Shown: positions 8,802-18,072 of the stretch, piece by piece
Layout of the letters: each line of letters starts with the position of its first letter
Position numbering within the stretch: the first letter of the stretch is position 1
Virus record (IMG/VR): IMGVR_UViG_3300025653_000094
Coordinates: 1-38,301 of that record
Strand: one strand, 5' to 3'
Source of the DNA: a virus
Taxonomy: Duplodnaviria; Caudoviricetes
DNA length: 38,301 bases
The notes under the pieces: generated by a model
What the model was told of the DNA's origin: nothing
What the model saw: only the letters and a program-made list of their open reading frames with translations
Database searches by the model: none
Translations under genes and position numbers: made by a program

Positions 8802-9652
8802 ACAATCTCTTCTACCCTTGGAGCAACCTCAACATGCGTCAGATATGTGGGGCCATTAGCATACTTAAATGCTCTTAAGCCTCTACCATTGTTAGCGTCT
8901 TTATAACACTCAAACTTATAAGAACAGTAGTTACAATTTCTATTCAGCTTCATGTTACCTTTCTTGCCATCAGGCACAGACTCATAACATCTTGCTGGAG
9001 GCGTAGCCAGCTTCAAGGCTTTACGAACATCTTGAATCTGTTTGCTTATGTTGGGCTTGTCTAGCTCTTCTGGGCGATATAGACAAAGCTCACCGCTCTC
9101 TTTGTTAATAACTAAGAAGCCGCCTTCAGAAGACTTTTCAGCTTCTTCATAGCCAGCAAGCTGCGACATATATCCAAAGGGATCGTCTTCTCGCAGGCGT
9201 CCTTCACGAAACTTATTGAAGGCTATCTTAGATGCAGTCTTTACATCTACTACCTCACCATCAATCTTGCAGTCGATATGCCCTTTGATCCCACGAACAT
9301 CTATTTCTTTTTGTTCGTCACTGACTTTGTGGCCTGCGGCACGAACAAGCATAAGAACAATCTCTTCAAGGATATGTCCGTAAAGAAACTTAACTTGTGT
9401 GGCTGGAGAGGGTACTGAAGATTCAGATGGCAGATTGTATTCGTACCAAAGCTGCCTAGCTGGGCGACCAATGTTAGACATACGCAAGGTAAACTCAGAG
9501 TTTCTTTCTGAAGGCCTTGCCCATGCTAAAACGGAATCTTTAATACGAGCTAGTGTAAAGTCCAGATCTTCTTCTGATAAATTAAATTCACGGCCTTCGG
9601 ATAACTCTGAAAGCTGTCCATAAATATCGTCAATTAATGTGTCAAGTTTCAT
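8798..9652 (-). CDS. PD-(D/E)xK exonuclease, RecB/Cas4-like
   Basis: GHIDCKIDGEVVDVKTAS, Y-x-x-QL-x-x-Y, C-terminal CNYC-x5-C. Confidence 0.85.
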   Translation of the reverse strand: MKLDTLIDDIYGQLSELSEGREFNLSEEDLDFTLARIKDSVLAWARPSERNSEFTLRMSNIGRPARQLWYEYNLPSESSVPSPATQVKFLYGHILEEIVLMLVRAAGHKVSDEQKEIDVRGIKGHIDCKIDGEVVDVKTASKIAFNKFREGRLREDDPFGYMSQLAGYEEAEKSSEGGFLVINKESGELCLYRPEELDKPNISKQIQDVRKALKLATPPARCYESVPDGKKGNMKLNRNCNYCSYKFECYKDANNGRGLRAFKYANGPTYLTHVEVAPRVEEIV

Positions 9653-9933
9653 GCTCTATGCCTTACGAAGCGACACTTCCGTGTCTTTGAATTGTAGTGT
9701 AAATATTGTACACCAAGTTCTTTTTGAAGTGGAGTCTTAGATGATAGCCTGCCATCTTTGTAAGACTTTACATCTATTAAAGTGATCTCTCCCTCTGGAC
9801 TCATAGCCACAATATCTACTGGCCCTGTGCATCCACAGTTCTTGAACACATGATAGCCGTTATCCCACAGCCATGTAACGGCATAGTGTTCTGCTAGATC
9901 ACCGACCCTGTTAGGCTCTACTTGATTAGACAT
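9649..9933 (-). CDS. Small PD-(D/E)xK endonuclease (resolvase-like)
   Basis: GDLAE...GY-x-VF...PVDIV...LIDVKS. Confidence 0.75.
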   Translation of the reverse strand: MSNQVEPNRVGDLAEHYAVTWLWDNGYHVFKNCGCTGPVDIVAMSPEGEITLIDVKSYKDGRLSSKTPLQKELGVQYLHYNSKTRKCRFVRHRA

Positions 9934-10414
9934 TTTTTAAATCCTCTATATTTTTTAATTCTTTTATTGGTAGGTTGTAGCAATCTGCGCTTACTCTCCA
10001 TCCATTGCTTGGATCTGTTTGACCTTTCTTTAGAAAAACTGCCCTATCAAAATACTCTTCTTTTGTAAGATATCCCAATATCCAACCCTCTTCCATGTTG
10101 TTTAATATGCGCGTAAACACATAAAAATTACAGGCTTGTTTTGTATTAAACGCGGCGATAGAGCATTCGTAGTTTGGTCTTGGGGGCGTATTAACTCTTT
10201 TTGTTTTAACATCAATAGTAAAAGACTGTAGTTTTAAATCGTAATCATAGGTATTTTCTATTGTGGCCTCTAAAAAATTAGAAACTATTATCTCTCCAAG
10301 AAACCCGTGAGTGCTTCCTTTTCCAGATGTAATAGAATTATTTATTATTCCCATAGCGCCTGCTTTTTCTTTTGCAATGTCTATGATATCCTGAGATATG
10401 TTAGTGTGTTTCAC
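9926..10414 (-). CDS. Putative restriction-endonuclease-fold nuclease
   Basis: G-x-LGE...YDYDL...IDVKTK pattern; AT-rich; overlaps the polymerase stop. Confidence 0.6.
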   Translation of the reverse strand: MKHTNISQDIIDIAKEKAGAMGIINNSITSGKGSTHGFLGEIIVSNFLEATIENTYDYDLKLQSFTIDVKTKRVNTPPRPNYECSIAAFNTKQACNFYVFTRILNNMEEGWILGYLTKEEYFDRAVFLKKGQTDPSNGWRVSADCYNLPIKELKNIEDLKNV

Positions 10415-12155
10415 TCCAGTTATCTCCTATTTTATATTCGCCATCTAAAGAACAGAACAGCTCTAACTCTTTTCCAGCTTGCTTTATTGCATCAACCCCC
10501 AGTTGTCCTGTTGAATCTGCTTGAGACTCTTTTACTTCTAGCTGCCATTCGTCGTGTACATTACAAACAAAGTTTGCATCTAGAGTATTCAATCTAATTG
10601 CTTGGTTTAAGTTTACCATAGCCTGCTTCATAACAATAGCTCCTGCACTCTGAAGCAAAGTATTCAGTGCGGCGTGTTCAGAACGGACATACAGCTTACG
10701 TCCATCAAGACCCTTCAAGAAACCTTTTGAAGCCGCTCTGCTAACTGAGTCTTTAAGATGTTTAAATGCAGGGAGATTATCGAAGAAACGCTTTCTAAGT
10801 TCCGAACCATCACGTTTGTTTCCTCCAACCACACTTCCAAGTTTTTCATCTCCTGCTCCGTATAAGAGTGCATAGATAAATGTCTTCGCCTGATTTCTTG
10901 ATTCAAGTCCTGCAAGTCTTTGGTTAGCTGAGTGTATGTCTCCGTGGAGTATTTCATTTTTGAAGTCCTCGTCCTTCATGTAGTGTGCAAGCATTCGTAA
11001 CTCTAAGCCGCTGGCATCAATACCAACCAGCTTATATCCTTCAGGCACAATCCAACAGGCTCTACACTCTTTGCCGTAGGGCGAACCAAGACTAGGGACC
11101 TGTGCCATATTGGGGCTATTGTGCGTCATGCGCCCTGTAATAGTTCCATTAGGGTTTACAAATCCTCTGACACGATCATCGTCGTGAGTGGCCTCAAGCC
11201 ACGATGTAGCCTGTGCTATGCGTTTCTGTAGTAATAGATATTCAGCAATAAGTTTTGCTTCAGGTATGTCAGTGATCTTACTGAGAGTAGATTCATCAAC
11301 GATTGGTTGGCCCGTAGGAGTAAACTTCTTAGGCTCCCAACCAAAGTCAATTAGATATTCACCTATCTGTTTGCGTGATCCAAGGTTGAATGGTACTTCT
11401 TCAATGCGTACAGCCTTACGCTTAATTGCAATTTCTTCATACTCTTCTTGAGTCAGCCTGCTTTTCTTTGTTGATCCCTCAACGAGAGCCATCTTAGAAA
11501 GCGCACCTGTCTTTGTAAACTGAGCCAGTAGTGTGGTCTTAAGCTGCTTGGGCCTAAAGGTTTTTTGGACTTCGCGCTCAACTTCTTTTAGGCGGTCAGT
11601 CAGTTCAGCAACCAGAAGGCTTGCGGCTTTAACGTCCAGAAGAAATCCATGCTCGCGTTGATCAGCAATAATTTTTAGTGTCTCATGCTCAAGAGTAACT
11701 GACTGCCGACTAAAACCACGAGACTCAAGCTTAAGATTATTAAACATCTTTGCATTGAGTACGGCATCATTGCGACAGTAGTTAAGCATCTCAGGACTAT
11801 ACTCACCAAACTCTGTGTGGTCTATCTTCTGAAGGCCAATACGATAGCCCCAAGACTCAAGGCTATGGCCTCCCTCACGAGTAGGATTGAACAGTCGAGA
11901 AAGAACTAATGTATCTACAATGGCTCTACCATCTGCAAGATCTATGTTGTGTATTTTTTTTATGGCTGGGAGATCATAACCAATAATGTTATGGCCTATC
12001 AGCTTGTCGGCTGTAGATAGATGAGCCAGCCCCTGAACAATCTCAGTAGGCCCAAAGGTCTTTGTCTCGCCTGAGTCGGGATCGACAGCAGCAATACACC
12101 AGATCTTTGTAGGCTCAAGGCTATCAGCCTCAATGTCAAATACTATGCTCTTCAT
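10401..12155 (-). CDS. polA: Family A DNA polymerase with 3'-5' exonuclease (T7 gp5-like)
   Basis: Exo motifs FDIE, GHNIIGYD, YCRND; motif A DASGLELR, motif B RNQAKTFIYALLYG (Tyr at the E. coli 762 position), motif C VHDE. Confidence 0.96.
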   Translation of the reverse strand: MKSIVFDIEADSLEPTKIWCIAAVDPDSGETKTFGPTEIVQGLAHLSTADKLIGHNIIGYDLPAIKKIHNIDLADGRAIVDTLVLSRLFNPTREGGHSLESWGYRIGLQKIDHTEFGEYSPEMLNYCRNDAVLNAKMFNNLKLESRGFSRQSVTLEHETLKIIADQREHGFLLDVKAASLLVAELTDRLKEVEREVQKTFRPKQLKTTLLAQFTKTGALSKMALVEGSTKKSRLTQEEYEEIAIKRKAVRIEEVPFNLGSRKQIGEYLIDFGWEPKKFTPTGQPIVDESTLSKITDIPEAKLIAEYLLLQKRIAQATSWLEATHDDDRVRGFVNPNGTITGRMTHNSPNMAQVPSLGSPYGKECRACWIVPEGYKLVGIDASGLELRMLAHYMKDEDFKNEILHGDIHSANQRLAGLESRNQAKTFIYALLYGAGDEKLGSVVGGNKRDGSELRKRFFDNLPAFKHLKDSVSRAASKGFLKGLDGRKLYVRSEHAALNTLLQSAGAIVMKQAMVNLNQAIRLNTLDANFVCNVHDEWQLEVKESQADSTGQLGVDAIKQAGKELELFCSLDGEYKIGDNWSETH

Positions 12156-13816
12156 AATTCAAGCTCATCTTGTTCTTCTGCTTCCATTGATATTTCACTG
12201 AGCCTGCCAGTATCTTTATCATAGAAGAGATGCGTAGCAATTCCTGTGTCGCCAGTATAACGAGACTTAAGAACTCTAACTCTTGTTGTGCTGGCCTCAA
12301 TTGGATCCTCAGATTGTTGATTACGCTCAAGAGAAATTACACAATCAGATAACTGTGCGATGCTTTGAGAACCTCTCATGTGACTAAGGTTTACTTCAAT
12401 GCCATTCTCATGCCCACGATTACCATCAATCCTACGCAAGTGTGAAACAAGAATCAAGCCAACTCCAGTTTCTTCAACCAGCGTTCTAAAATTGTGCATA
12501 ATAGAATCTATGTTTCGGCGCTCATCACCATCTGTTGTCATCGACAATAGCATATGAAGGTGATCAAATACTATCCACTTGCATTCAAGGCCTATAGCCA
12601 TGAAACGTAATTTAGAAAAGATACTATCGACATCATTCATTCCAAGGTGTGCATGAATATAAACACGATTCTCGTTGTGTCCTCCATAAAGAACATTAAA
12701 AAAATTATCTATTTCTTCTTCGGTATACTTGGCTCTAACGCTATCAATGTGTAGACGATCATTGGCTTCAATAGAAAGTATACCATCTACTGTACGCCTC
12801 CAATCTTCTTCAAGAGCGATAACACCAACACGATCATTAGTATTAGTAATCAACCAGTGCTGAAGCTCTCGCGTCACACTAGACTTACCAAGGCCTGTGC
12901 CTCCCGTCAAAGTTATTAATTCTTTTTGTCTTAGGCCTTCAAGCTTATCATTGAGGCCGTGCCAAGGATAAGGTACTGATTCTTTCTTCTCGCGCTTCTT
13001 GTAGTTATCGCGCTCTTCACTGACGTTTAGAATCCCAGACGGCGTATAAAGTTTTGAACCCCACCACGCAGTAACATAAGCTTTGTGGTGGCCCAGCTTG
13101 AGCATCTCATTAGGATCTTTGAACTCAGGTGGGAGATTGAGGATCTTAGCTTTTCCGGGCTTGAGGATACGCGCCACTTTCTTTGCGGCTTCTTTTCCGG
13201 GCTTGTCGTTGTCGAATGAAATGACCACCGTATCAAACGATTCAAGGAACTCAAGATTTTCTTGGACATCTTTGAGTGCGCCTTGCGCTCCATTCTTAAC
13301 AGATACAACCGGCCATTTACTCCCCAGAAGTTCGTATGCCGCCATAGCATCACATTCACCTTCAGTGATCGTAATGTATTTGCCGCCCGTCTGCGCCACT
13401 TGCTGACCAAAAAGACCAGTTCCTTTGGACGAACCTGACCAAGTAAATACTTTATTTTCTCTGCGAATTTTAGTAGCGACTTCTTCATTGTTTATGTACG
13501 CTGGATAATGATGTTCAATAATTTTACCGGCTTCATCCTTGACTGACCGGACGCCATATTTCTTTGCAGTTTCAAGGGATATCCCTCTGTCTGTTAGTGC
13601 ATGATAAAACACACTTTGTGTATCCTTAAATGAATTGTTGTCGTTAGATCTTTTGAAGCTATTAAAGTCTGCCACGTTGCCTCCCATTGCAGATTCATAG
13701 TCTTTAAAAAAAGTCCCGCAACTAAAACATTTTGCAGAACCGTTTTGATTTACGGAGACAGGATCGCTGCCTCCGCAATTTGGACAAGGTTTTTGATAGG
13801 CCACAAAGTCGCCCAT
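12152..13816 (-). CDS. Primase-helicase (T7 gp4-like)
   Basis: Zn ribbon CPNC...CFSC; TOPRIM ITEGECDA and FDND; Walker A GGTGLGKS; FDHLH; RGSQSIAQLSD; KSRYTG. Confidence 0.95.
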   Translation of the reverse strand: MGDFVAYQKPCPNCGGSDPVSVNQNGSAKCFSCGTFFKDYESAMGGNVADFNSFKRSNDNNSFKDTQSVFYHALTDRGISLETAKKYGVRSVKDEAGKIIEHHYPAYINNEEVATKIRRENKVFTWSGSSKGTGLFGQQVAQTGGKYITITEGECDAMAAYELLGSKWPVVSVKNGAQGALKDVQENLEFLESFDTVVISFDNDKPGKEAAKKVARILKPGKAKILNLPPEFKDPNEMLKLGHHKAYVTAWWGSKLYTPSGILNVSEERDNYKKREKKESVPYPWHGLNDKLEGLRQKELITLTGGTGLGKSSVTRELQHWLITNTNDRVGVIALEEDWRRTVDGILSIEANDRLHIDSVRAKYTEEEIDNFFNVLYGGHNENRVYIHAHLGMNDVDSIFSKLRFMAIGLECKWIVFDHLHMLLSMTTDGDERRNIDSIMHNFRTLVEETGVGLILVSHLRRIDGNRGHENGIEVNLSHMRGSQSIAQLSDCVISLERNQQSEDPIEASTTRVRVLKSRYTGDTGIATHLFYDKDTGRLSEISMEAEEQDELEL

Positions 13817-13818
13817 GT

Positions 13819-14040
13819 TTATTCCTCCGTTTCATTGTCCTCAACCAAAGCTTCATCTTCAAGGAACTCTTGCATCTTGGAATGCAGAGCAACTGAAGAA
13901 GCCTGTAAGATTGTTAAGTCTGCTTGCAGTGCGTCCATTCTTTGTTGGACAGTAACAAGAAGATTGAATGTTGCCTGACCTTCGCCAGACAACTTCTCAA
14001 CATCATAGGTTTTATCTTCGTGCGTGTATCTATAATTCAT
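13819..14040 (-). CDS. Hypothetical coiled-coil protein
   Basis: 73 aa, TAATG-coupled to ssb. Confidence 0.7.
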   Translation of the reverse strand: MNYRYTHEDKTYDVEKLSGEGQATFNLLVTVQQRMDALQADLTILQASSVALHSKMQEFLEDEALVEDNETEE

Positions 14041-14471
14041 TATAATTCATCTCCATCGTTGTCATCAGAAACAATATCAAACTCTGCTCCATCTGGATTT
14101 GCATATTCAATAAGATCTAATACTTGCATGGCCTGAAAGTCTAGACCTTTATATGAAGTACCATTCCAAGTAGTTTCCCACTCTTTGTATTGAACACGAA
14201 CCTTTGAACCATTACCAACAGCAACATTTAATGGCTGTTTGTTGCGGTCTAAAAGTTTTGGGGCAGAACGAATCATACCATTGGGGCCATTAACTTTACG
14301 TTTAATTAAAAGGGCTGGGCCTTCTTCCATGTCTTTAACCGTAAAGCCGCGAGATCTAAAATCATTTGCAACCTCATCATCTACTACAAGATTAACTGTA
14401 TACACAGGGGTATAAGTTGTATTAGGTGTAGTAACAGAAGCCCAATAAGCAATGCCTTCAACAAGTGCCAT
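14040..14471 (-). CDS. ssb: Single-stranded DNA-binding protein (T7 gp2.5-like)
   Basis: G-x-A-x-WA, VGNGSKVRV, QV-x-DL-x-EY, acidic C-terminal tail; upstream of the primase-helicase. Confidence 0.85.
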   Translation of the reverse strand: MALVEGIAYWASVTTPNTTYTPVYTVNLVVDDEVANDFRSRGFTVKDMEEGPALLIKRKVNGPNGMIRSAPKLLDRNKQPLNVAVGNGSKVRVQYKEWETTWNGTSYKGLDFQAMQVLDLIEYANPDGAEFDIVSDDNDGDEL

Positions 14472-14483
14472 AATAAAATCTCC

Positions 14484-14687
14484 TTAAGATTTGTTAAACA
14501 AGAAAGTGATGTAACGCGGAATACAACTAATAACATAATCTTCAGTCAATGCTTTTGCCTCCTTTTCTGACATTAGATTAATCCAACTAATCATATTTCT
14601 CATGGCGTCTGAAGATGGTAAGCCAGTACCTAGCCCCATAACAAATGCACGACAAAGATGATCTTCAACATTAAAAACCTCATCCAT
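14484..14687 (-). CDS. Hypothetical protein
   Basis: 67 aa, coupled to the upstream stop. Confidence 0.65.
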   Translation of the reverse strand: MDEVFNVEDHLCRAFVMGLGTGLPSSDAMRNMISWINLMSEKEAKALTEDYVISCIPRYITFLFNKS

Positions 14688-14923
14688 TACTCATAGTCTC
14701 CTGTAAGTATAGTCATCTTTACAAGATCTAATAGAAGATTAAACTTTTCCATATCAATATCAGATACTACTCTTAAGTCTTCTCCAGTATCAACTATTAA
14801 GATAAAAGGATATCTTAACTCTTCTTCGTTTGAAGAGTCTTGTAATTTTTTAAGACCTTCAGTAACTTTATCGTTAAGAGATTTCTTTTTATCTTGTTTA
14901 AAATTACCTTGTATAACTTTCAA
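14687..14923 (-). CDS. Hypothetical protein
   Basis: 78 aa; GGAGG RBS; overlaps the mazG stop. Confidence 0.7.
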   Translation of the reverse strand: MKVIQGNFKQDKKKSLNDKVTEGLKKLQDSSNEEELRYPFILIVDTGEDLRVVSDIDMEKFNLLLDLVKMTILTGDYE

Positions 14924-15231
14924 CGATTACCTCCAGAACCTTTTATCACTCCACGTTCAGCACGGCTGCGGAGTTTAGAGAGATTATACTCCGCAACAGT
15001 AGACAAGTCAACTCCCTGATCTTTTAATAACATAGAAAGATTCCAAAGGACATCACCGGCTTCTGATATCACATCATCTCTATTGACATTTTTATCGTCG
15101 CCTCTTAACATAGGCTTAATAAATAAATCAGATAGTTCTGCTGACTCAACCATCAAAGATGCAATAGGATAAAACATATCTTTGTATTGTGCAGTCTCAG
15201 CGGCAGCTTTTTGATAGTCATCAAATTTCAT
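14920..15231 (-). CDS. mazG: MazG-like nucleotide pyrophosphohydrolase
   Basis: F-x-x-YQ-x-x-A, ESAE, SEAGDVLWN, N-x-x-KL-x-x-R-x-x-RG-x-I-x-GSG; start moved to ATG 15231 (ATGA overlap). Confidence 0.88.
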   Translation of the reverse strand: MKFDDYQKAAAETAQYKDMFYPIASLMVESAELSDLFIKPMLRGDDKNVNRDDVISEAGDVLWNLSMLLKDQGVDLSTVAEYNLSKLRSRAERGVIKGSGGNR

Positions 15232-15524
15232 TTTGAGCTTTCCTGTATTAACCAATCAAGATAAACACGAGCCTTCCTAAGATCTTCTACACCATTTTTG
15301 TATTTAAATCTATGTAAATATTTCATAACATTTCCAGCACAGTAGTCATTGAAGCCGGGGCCAAGCTGTTGCTTGATATAATCAATTGCTTCTATACCGC
15401 CTTTGTTGTAGTGCTGTGGTTTTGTAACAGCATTATGTTTATCTTGAGGATGATAAAGCTTTCCGGTTATAGTACTAGATCTAATCTTATTCCATTCTTC
15501 TGGTGTTACATCATCAATACTCAT
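15228..15524 (-). CDS. DUF3310 protein (T7 gp1.7-like)
   Basis: V-x-x-P-x-HY...IEAIDYI...GNVMKY-x-x-R-x-x-x-KNGVEDL-x-KA-x-x-YL. Confidence 0.88.
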   Translation of the reverse strand: MSIDDVTPEEWNKIRSSTITGKLYHPQDKHNAVTKPQHYNKGGIEAIDYIKQQLGPGFNDYCAGNVMKYLHRFKYKNGVEDLRKARVYLDWLIQESSK

Positions 15525-15630
15525 AACTTACCTCCATATTAAATGTAATCAGTTAATATAAAAACAACACTAAAGAAAACAATTATTCCAAAAGCATACC
15601 AATATTCTGGCATGGTGTAAATAAAATGTT

Positions 15631-16161
15631 TTATGCGATCTTTGTCCACCTCATTGGCCTCCCTTTCTGTAACCAATCAAAAAATTTAAATTCATAATAT
15701 TTGTTGTATGCTGTAACAGTGTCAGGATCTTTGAACTCGTCGGGCATACACTGGGGCGGGTCAACAAATCCTTTAATCTCAATGCTTTGCGGGGCTTTGC
15801 TAGTAAAGAACTTTAACTTATCCCAACTCTTATGGTTATGATTGAAGCGCTTTTCAAACTCTGTACTGAGGGCTTCAAAGTGTTCATACAACCATTCGTA
15901 ATGCTCTTTACTTTGTCTAGCCCAGACTGTACTAGGATGATTGACATGAGCCGCAAGATAAAACTTATCATCATGTTTATCCATGACCCAGCGTTTAGCC
16001 TTACGGCCTGATTCAGTGCGACCTTCAACAAGATTACCGTCAAGGAAACGATGAGCAGTAGAAAGAATCTGTGCGGTTTCTAGCGGCATCTTTACGATAT
16101 GCTGGTCACATAAACTTTCTGCGGCTTTCTTCGGACATTTACTTCGATAAAAGATATTCAT
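15631..16161 (-). CDS. Pyrimidine-dimer DNA glycosylase / endonuclease V-like family protein
   Basis: MNIF...D-x-H-x-VKM-x-LE-x-AQ-x-LSTAH...H-x-NHP-x-x-x-W...PPQCMPD; start at ATG 16161 with GAGGA RBS. Confidence 0.8.
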   Translation of the reverse strand: MNIFYRSKCPKKAAESLCDQHIVKMPLETAQILSTAHRFLDGNLVEGRTESGRKAKRWVMDKHDDKFYLAAHVNHPSTVWARQSKEHYEWLYEHFEALSTEFEKRFNHNHKSWDKLKFFTSKAPQSIEIKGFVDPPQCMPDEFKDPDTVTAYNKYYEFKFFDWLQKGRPMRWTKIA

Positions 16162-16325
16162 AGTAAGTCCTCTACGCGCTCGCCTGTTTTTATCTCTTGT
16201 TCTGCTTCTGCTACTCGTTCGTAACACCATCTGTGGTAGTGCATGGCGTCCTCTTTGGGTCTGCCGTGTAATATAACCTCGTCTTCCTCGCTGTGTATAC
16301 CACAGCCACAGTAATCACAATTCAT
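16158..16325 (-). CDS. Small putative zinc-finger protein (55 aa, not in the ORF track)
   Basis: MNCDYCG...HYHRWCY (CxxC...HxxC); GAGGA RBS; ATGA coupling downstream. Confidence 0.7.
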   Translation of the reverse strand: MNCDYCGCGIHSEEDEVILHGRPKEDAMHYHRWCYERVAEAEQEIKTGERVEDLL

Positions 16326-16337
16326 ATTTAATATCCT

Positions 16338-16580
16338 CTAACACATATTAACAAAGCTATTCATATGTACAGTTGCGATATGAATGTTACCATCCATACA
16401 ATACTGATAAGCATCTGCTAGAGCGTGTGCCGCCTTCGCAACCAAGACCGCTTGCTCATCTCTGTTTATTCCTTCGCACGAAAATTTAATTTCATGCAAA
16501 AGTTTCATTTCTTTTTCGCCGTCTTGTTGTTCGTAAATACGAATGATTGAATCATGCCAAAGCATTTCAGTCGATATCAT
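16338..16580 (-). CDS. Hypothetical protein
   Basis: ORF track 16338..16595; GGAG spacing favours the ATG at 16580. Confidence 0.6.
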   Translation of the reverse strand: MISTEMLWHDSIIRIYEQQDGEKEMKLLHEIKFSCEGINRDEQAVLVAKAAHALADAYQYCMDGNIHIATVHMNSFVNMC

Positions 16581-16767
16581 TAGGCCGTACTCCATTGTCT
16601 TTAATTTTCACTTCTTCATCACAGTCATCGCAATAAGCATCTGTATTACTATCAACCTGACTAACATCAAGTTTTTTTTCTAGGCTGTTCCAGTAAACAT
16701 CGCCGCGCCATATTAAGTTTGTGCCGTTGCAGACCGAGCAGTTGTATCGGTAATAAGAATTACTCAT
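16567..16767 (-). CDS. Zinc-ribbon protein
   Basis: CSVC...CDDC; GGAG RBS before ATG 16767. Confidence 0.7.
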   Translation of the reverse strand: MSNSYYRYNCSVCNGTNLIWRGDVYWNSLEKKLDVSQVDSNTDAYCDDCDEEVKIKDNGVRPNDID

Positions 16768-16769
16768 AT

Positions 16770-17012
16770 CTAGTCTCCATGATCCGACCAATGATAGTCG
16801 GCTTCATCTATATAATCTCGAACAAGATCAAACATATAATCCATGTTGACCCAGCTAGTGATGTCAACCCCATGAGATTTAACTGAAACAATTTCAACTA
16901 ATTTCTCCTCGTCACCATGATTTACAAATTCTATTTGAACATCCGTTGTCATCCAATCACAATCAAGCTCTGCTTCCATGACCTGATTGCCATACATACT
17001 AGCTGTTCCCAT
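16770..17012 (-). CDS. Acidic hypothetical protein
   Basis: 80 aa; GGAGG RBS. Confidence 0.7.
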   Translation of the reverse strand: MGTASMYGNQVMEAELDCDWMTTDVQIEFVNHGDEEKLVEIVSVKSHGVDITSWVNMDYMFDLVRDYIDEADYHWSDHGD

Positions 17013-17211
17013 TTCTTACCTCCTCATGTTTTATAAGAGTATCCATCACACTAATAGGGCTGGTATAACCTTCGGCAAAGCCCTGCATAAAACGAGTCAG
17101 GCTATCATCTTCACCTAACAAACGCTTATAGCGTCTATAGTATTTTAGATGGTCTGATTTTTGGTCACGAAAAAATTGTCTCCAGAATTGAAGTTCTTCT
17201 AACCTATTCAT
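16999..17211 (-). CDS. Hypothetical protein
   Basis: 70 aa; AGGAG RBS. Confidence 0.7.
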   Translation of the reverse strand: MNRLEELQFWRQFFRDQKSDHLKYYRRYKRLLGEDDSLTRFMQGFAEGYTSPISVMDTLIKHEEVRNGNS

Positions 17212-17220
17212 AATATTCTC

Positions 17221-17403
17221 CTAAGAATGTGTGTATCCATCACGCTCTATTGCTAACCACATACCATTCCATTGTACACAGACAGCACCATCGCCCCCAA
17301 TAATATTTTGGACTGAGCGTCGAAACCTCAAATAACTTTTACCATCATTCCAATAAATCCATTTATAATGAAGAGATTTTTGTTGAGGTTTAGTTAGTCT
17401 CAT
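17221..17403 (-). CDS. Hypothetical protein (W-x-GMWL-x-IE-x-DGYTHS)
   Basis: 60 aa; AGGAG RBS. Confidence 0.75.
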   Translation of the reverse strand: MRLTKPQQKSLHYKWIYWNDGKSYLRFRRSVQNIIGGDGAVCVQWNGMWLAIERDGYTHS

Positions 17404-17412
17404 AACAAACTC

Positions 17413-17631
17413 CTAAAATAAATACAACGCATATGTACTACACTTCTTTAGCTCACCGTTCAATCCAATATAGATTGGTAACGAGCTACCCATATTAATA
17501 TCCATTTCTTTTTTAGTCTTAGCGACAAGATACTCAATACCTTCATCGGCTTTGAAATCTTTTAATCTTTTAACGTGTCGCCAAATAACCATACCGCCAG
17601 CGTTGTTTTTGTAGGGGGTTACATAATACAT
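17413..17631 (-). CDS. Hypothetical protein
   Basis: Start moved to ATG 17631 (MYYVTP) with GAGGA RBS. Confidence 0.65.
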   Translation of the reverse strand: MYYVTPYKNNAGGMVIWRHVKRLKDFKADEGIEYLVAKTKKEMDINMGSSLPIYIGLNGELKKCSTYALYLF

Positions 17632-17632
17632 A

Positions 17633-17842
17633 TCACTTTCCTCTATGGTTGTTGATCCATTCTTCAACGGTGTCGCTAGACTTTGCGGCATCGTCCCAGA
17701 ATTTATGTATATCTTCCAAAGACCAATGGATCTGTTCTTGATGCAGACAATCCATAATAAAAGCACAATAATCCTCATCAGTCATTGCTGACCTGACTAG
17801 CCTTTTAGTATTTATCATTCTTTCTTTGTCTTGTTTTCGCAT
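17633..17842 (-). CDS. Hypothetical protein
   Basis: Start moved to ATG 17842 with AGGAG RBS. Confidence 0.65.
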   Translation of the reverse strand: MRKQDKERMINTKRLVRSAMTDEDYCAFIMDCLHQEQIHWSLEDIHKFWDDAAKSSDTVEEWINNHRGK

Positions 17843-18006
17843 CACCAATCTCCTTTGCGAATTCGCCACAAAATATTTTCTATATCTTTGTCTTTGAGTT
17901 TTGCATACCGCTCCAAGTCCCGACGAAGCTGGGCATAATCAGTGTGCGGCAGGGTATAAAGATGTAGGATAACTAAATCATTAATAATTTCTTCCGTATT
18001 CATCAT
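17842..18006 (-). CDS. Small hypothetical protein (54 aa, not in the ORF track)
   Basis: MMNTEEIINDLVILHLY...RKGDW; TGATG coupling to the next gene. Confidence 0.6.
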   Translation of the reverse strand: MMNTEEIINDLVILHLYTLPHTDYAQLRRDLERYAKLKDKDIENILWRIRKGDW

Positions 18007-18020
18007 AATCATTCACCCAT

Positions 18021-18053
18021 AAAAAAGCCCCTTGGAATCCTTTCCAAAGGGCT
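18021..18053 (-). terminator. Rho-independent terminator after the DUF932 gene
   Basis: Minus strand AGCCCTTTGGAA-AGGA-TTCCAAGGGGCT followed by a T run. Confidence 0.8.
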
Positions 18054-18072
18054 GGACAATACGACACAAGAT

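Noticed and set aside
8798-9652. Cas4-like nuclease as evidence of a CRISPR system
   Set aside because: No array or other cas genes; stand-alone nucleases of this type are common in phage replication modules
5776-12155. Intron, intein or DnaJ-like insertion in nrdJ or polA
   Set aside because: Both ORFs are continuous, compact and have normally spaced motifs
15539-15630. Hydrophobic minus-strand frame (IGYAFGIIVFFSVVFIL) continuing past the glycosylase stop
   Set aside because: No start codon or RBS in frame; read-through cannot be supported
16162-16230. N-terminal extensions in the ORF track (also at 15255, 16791, 17778, 17869, 21186, 22456, 31397)
   Set aside because: Downstream ATGs have better RBS or coupling, and most extensions overlap other genes
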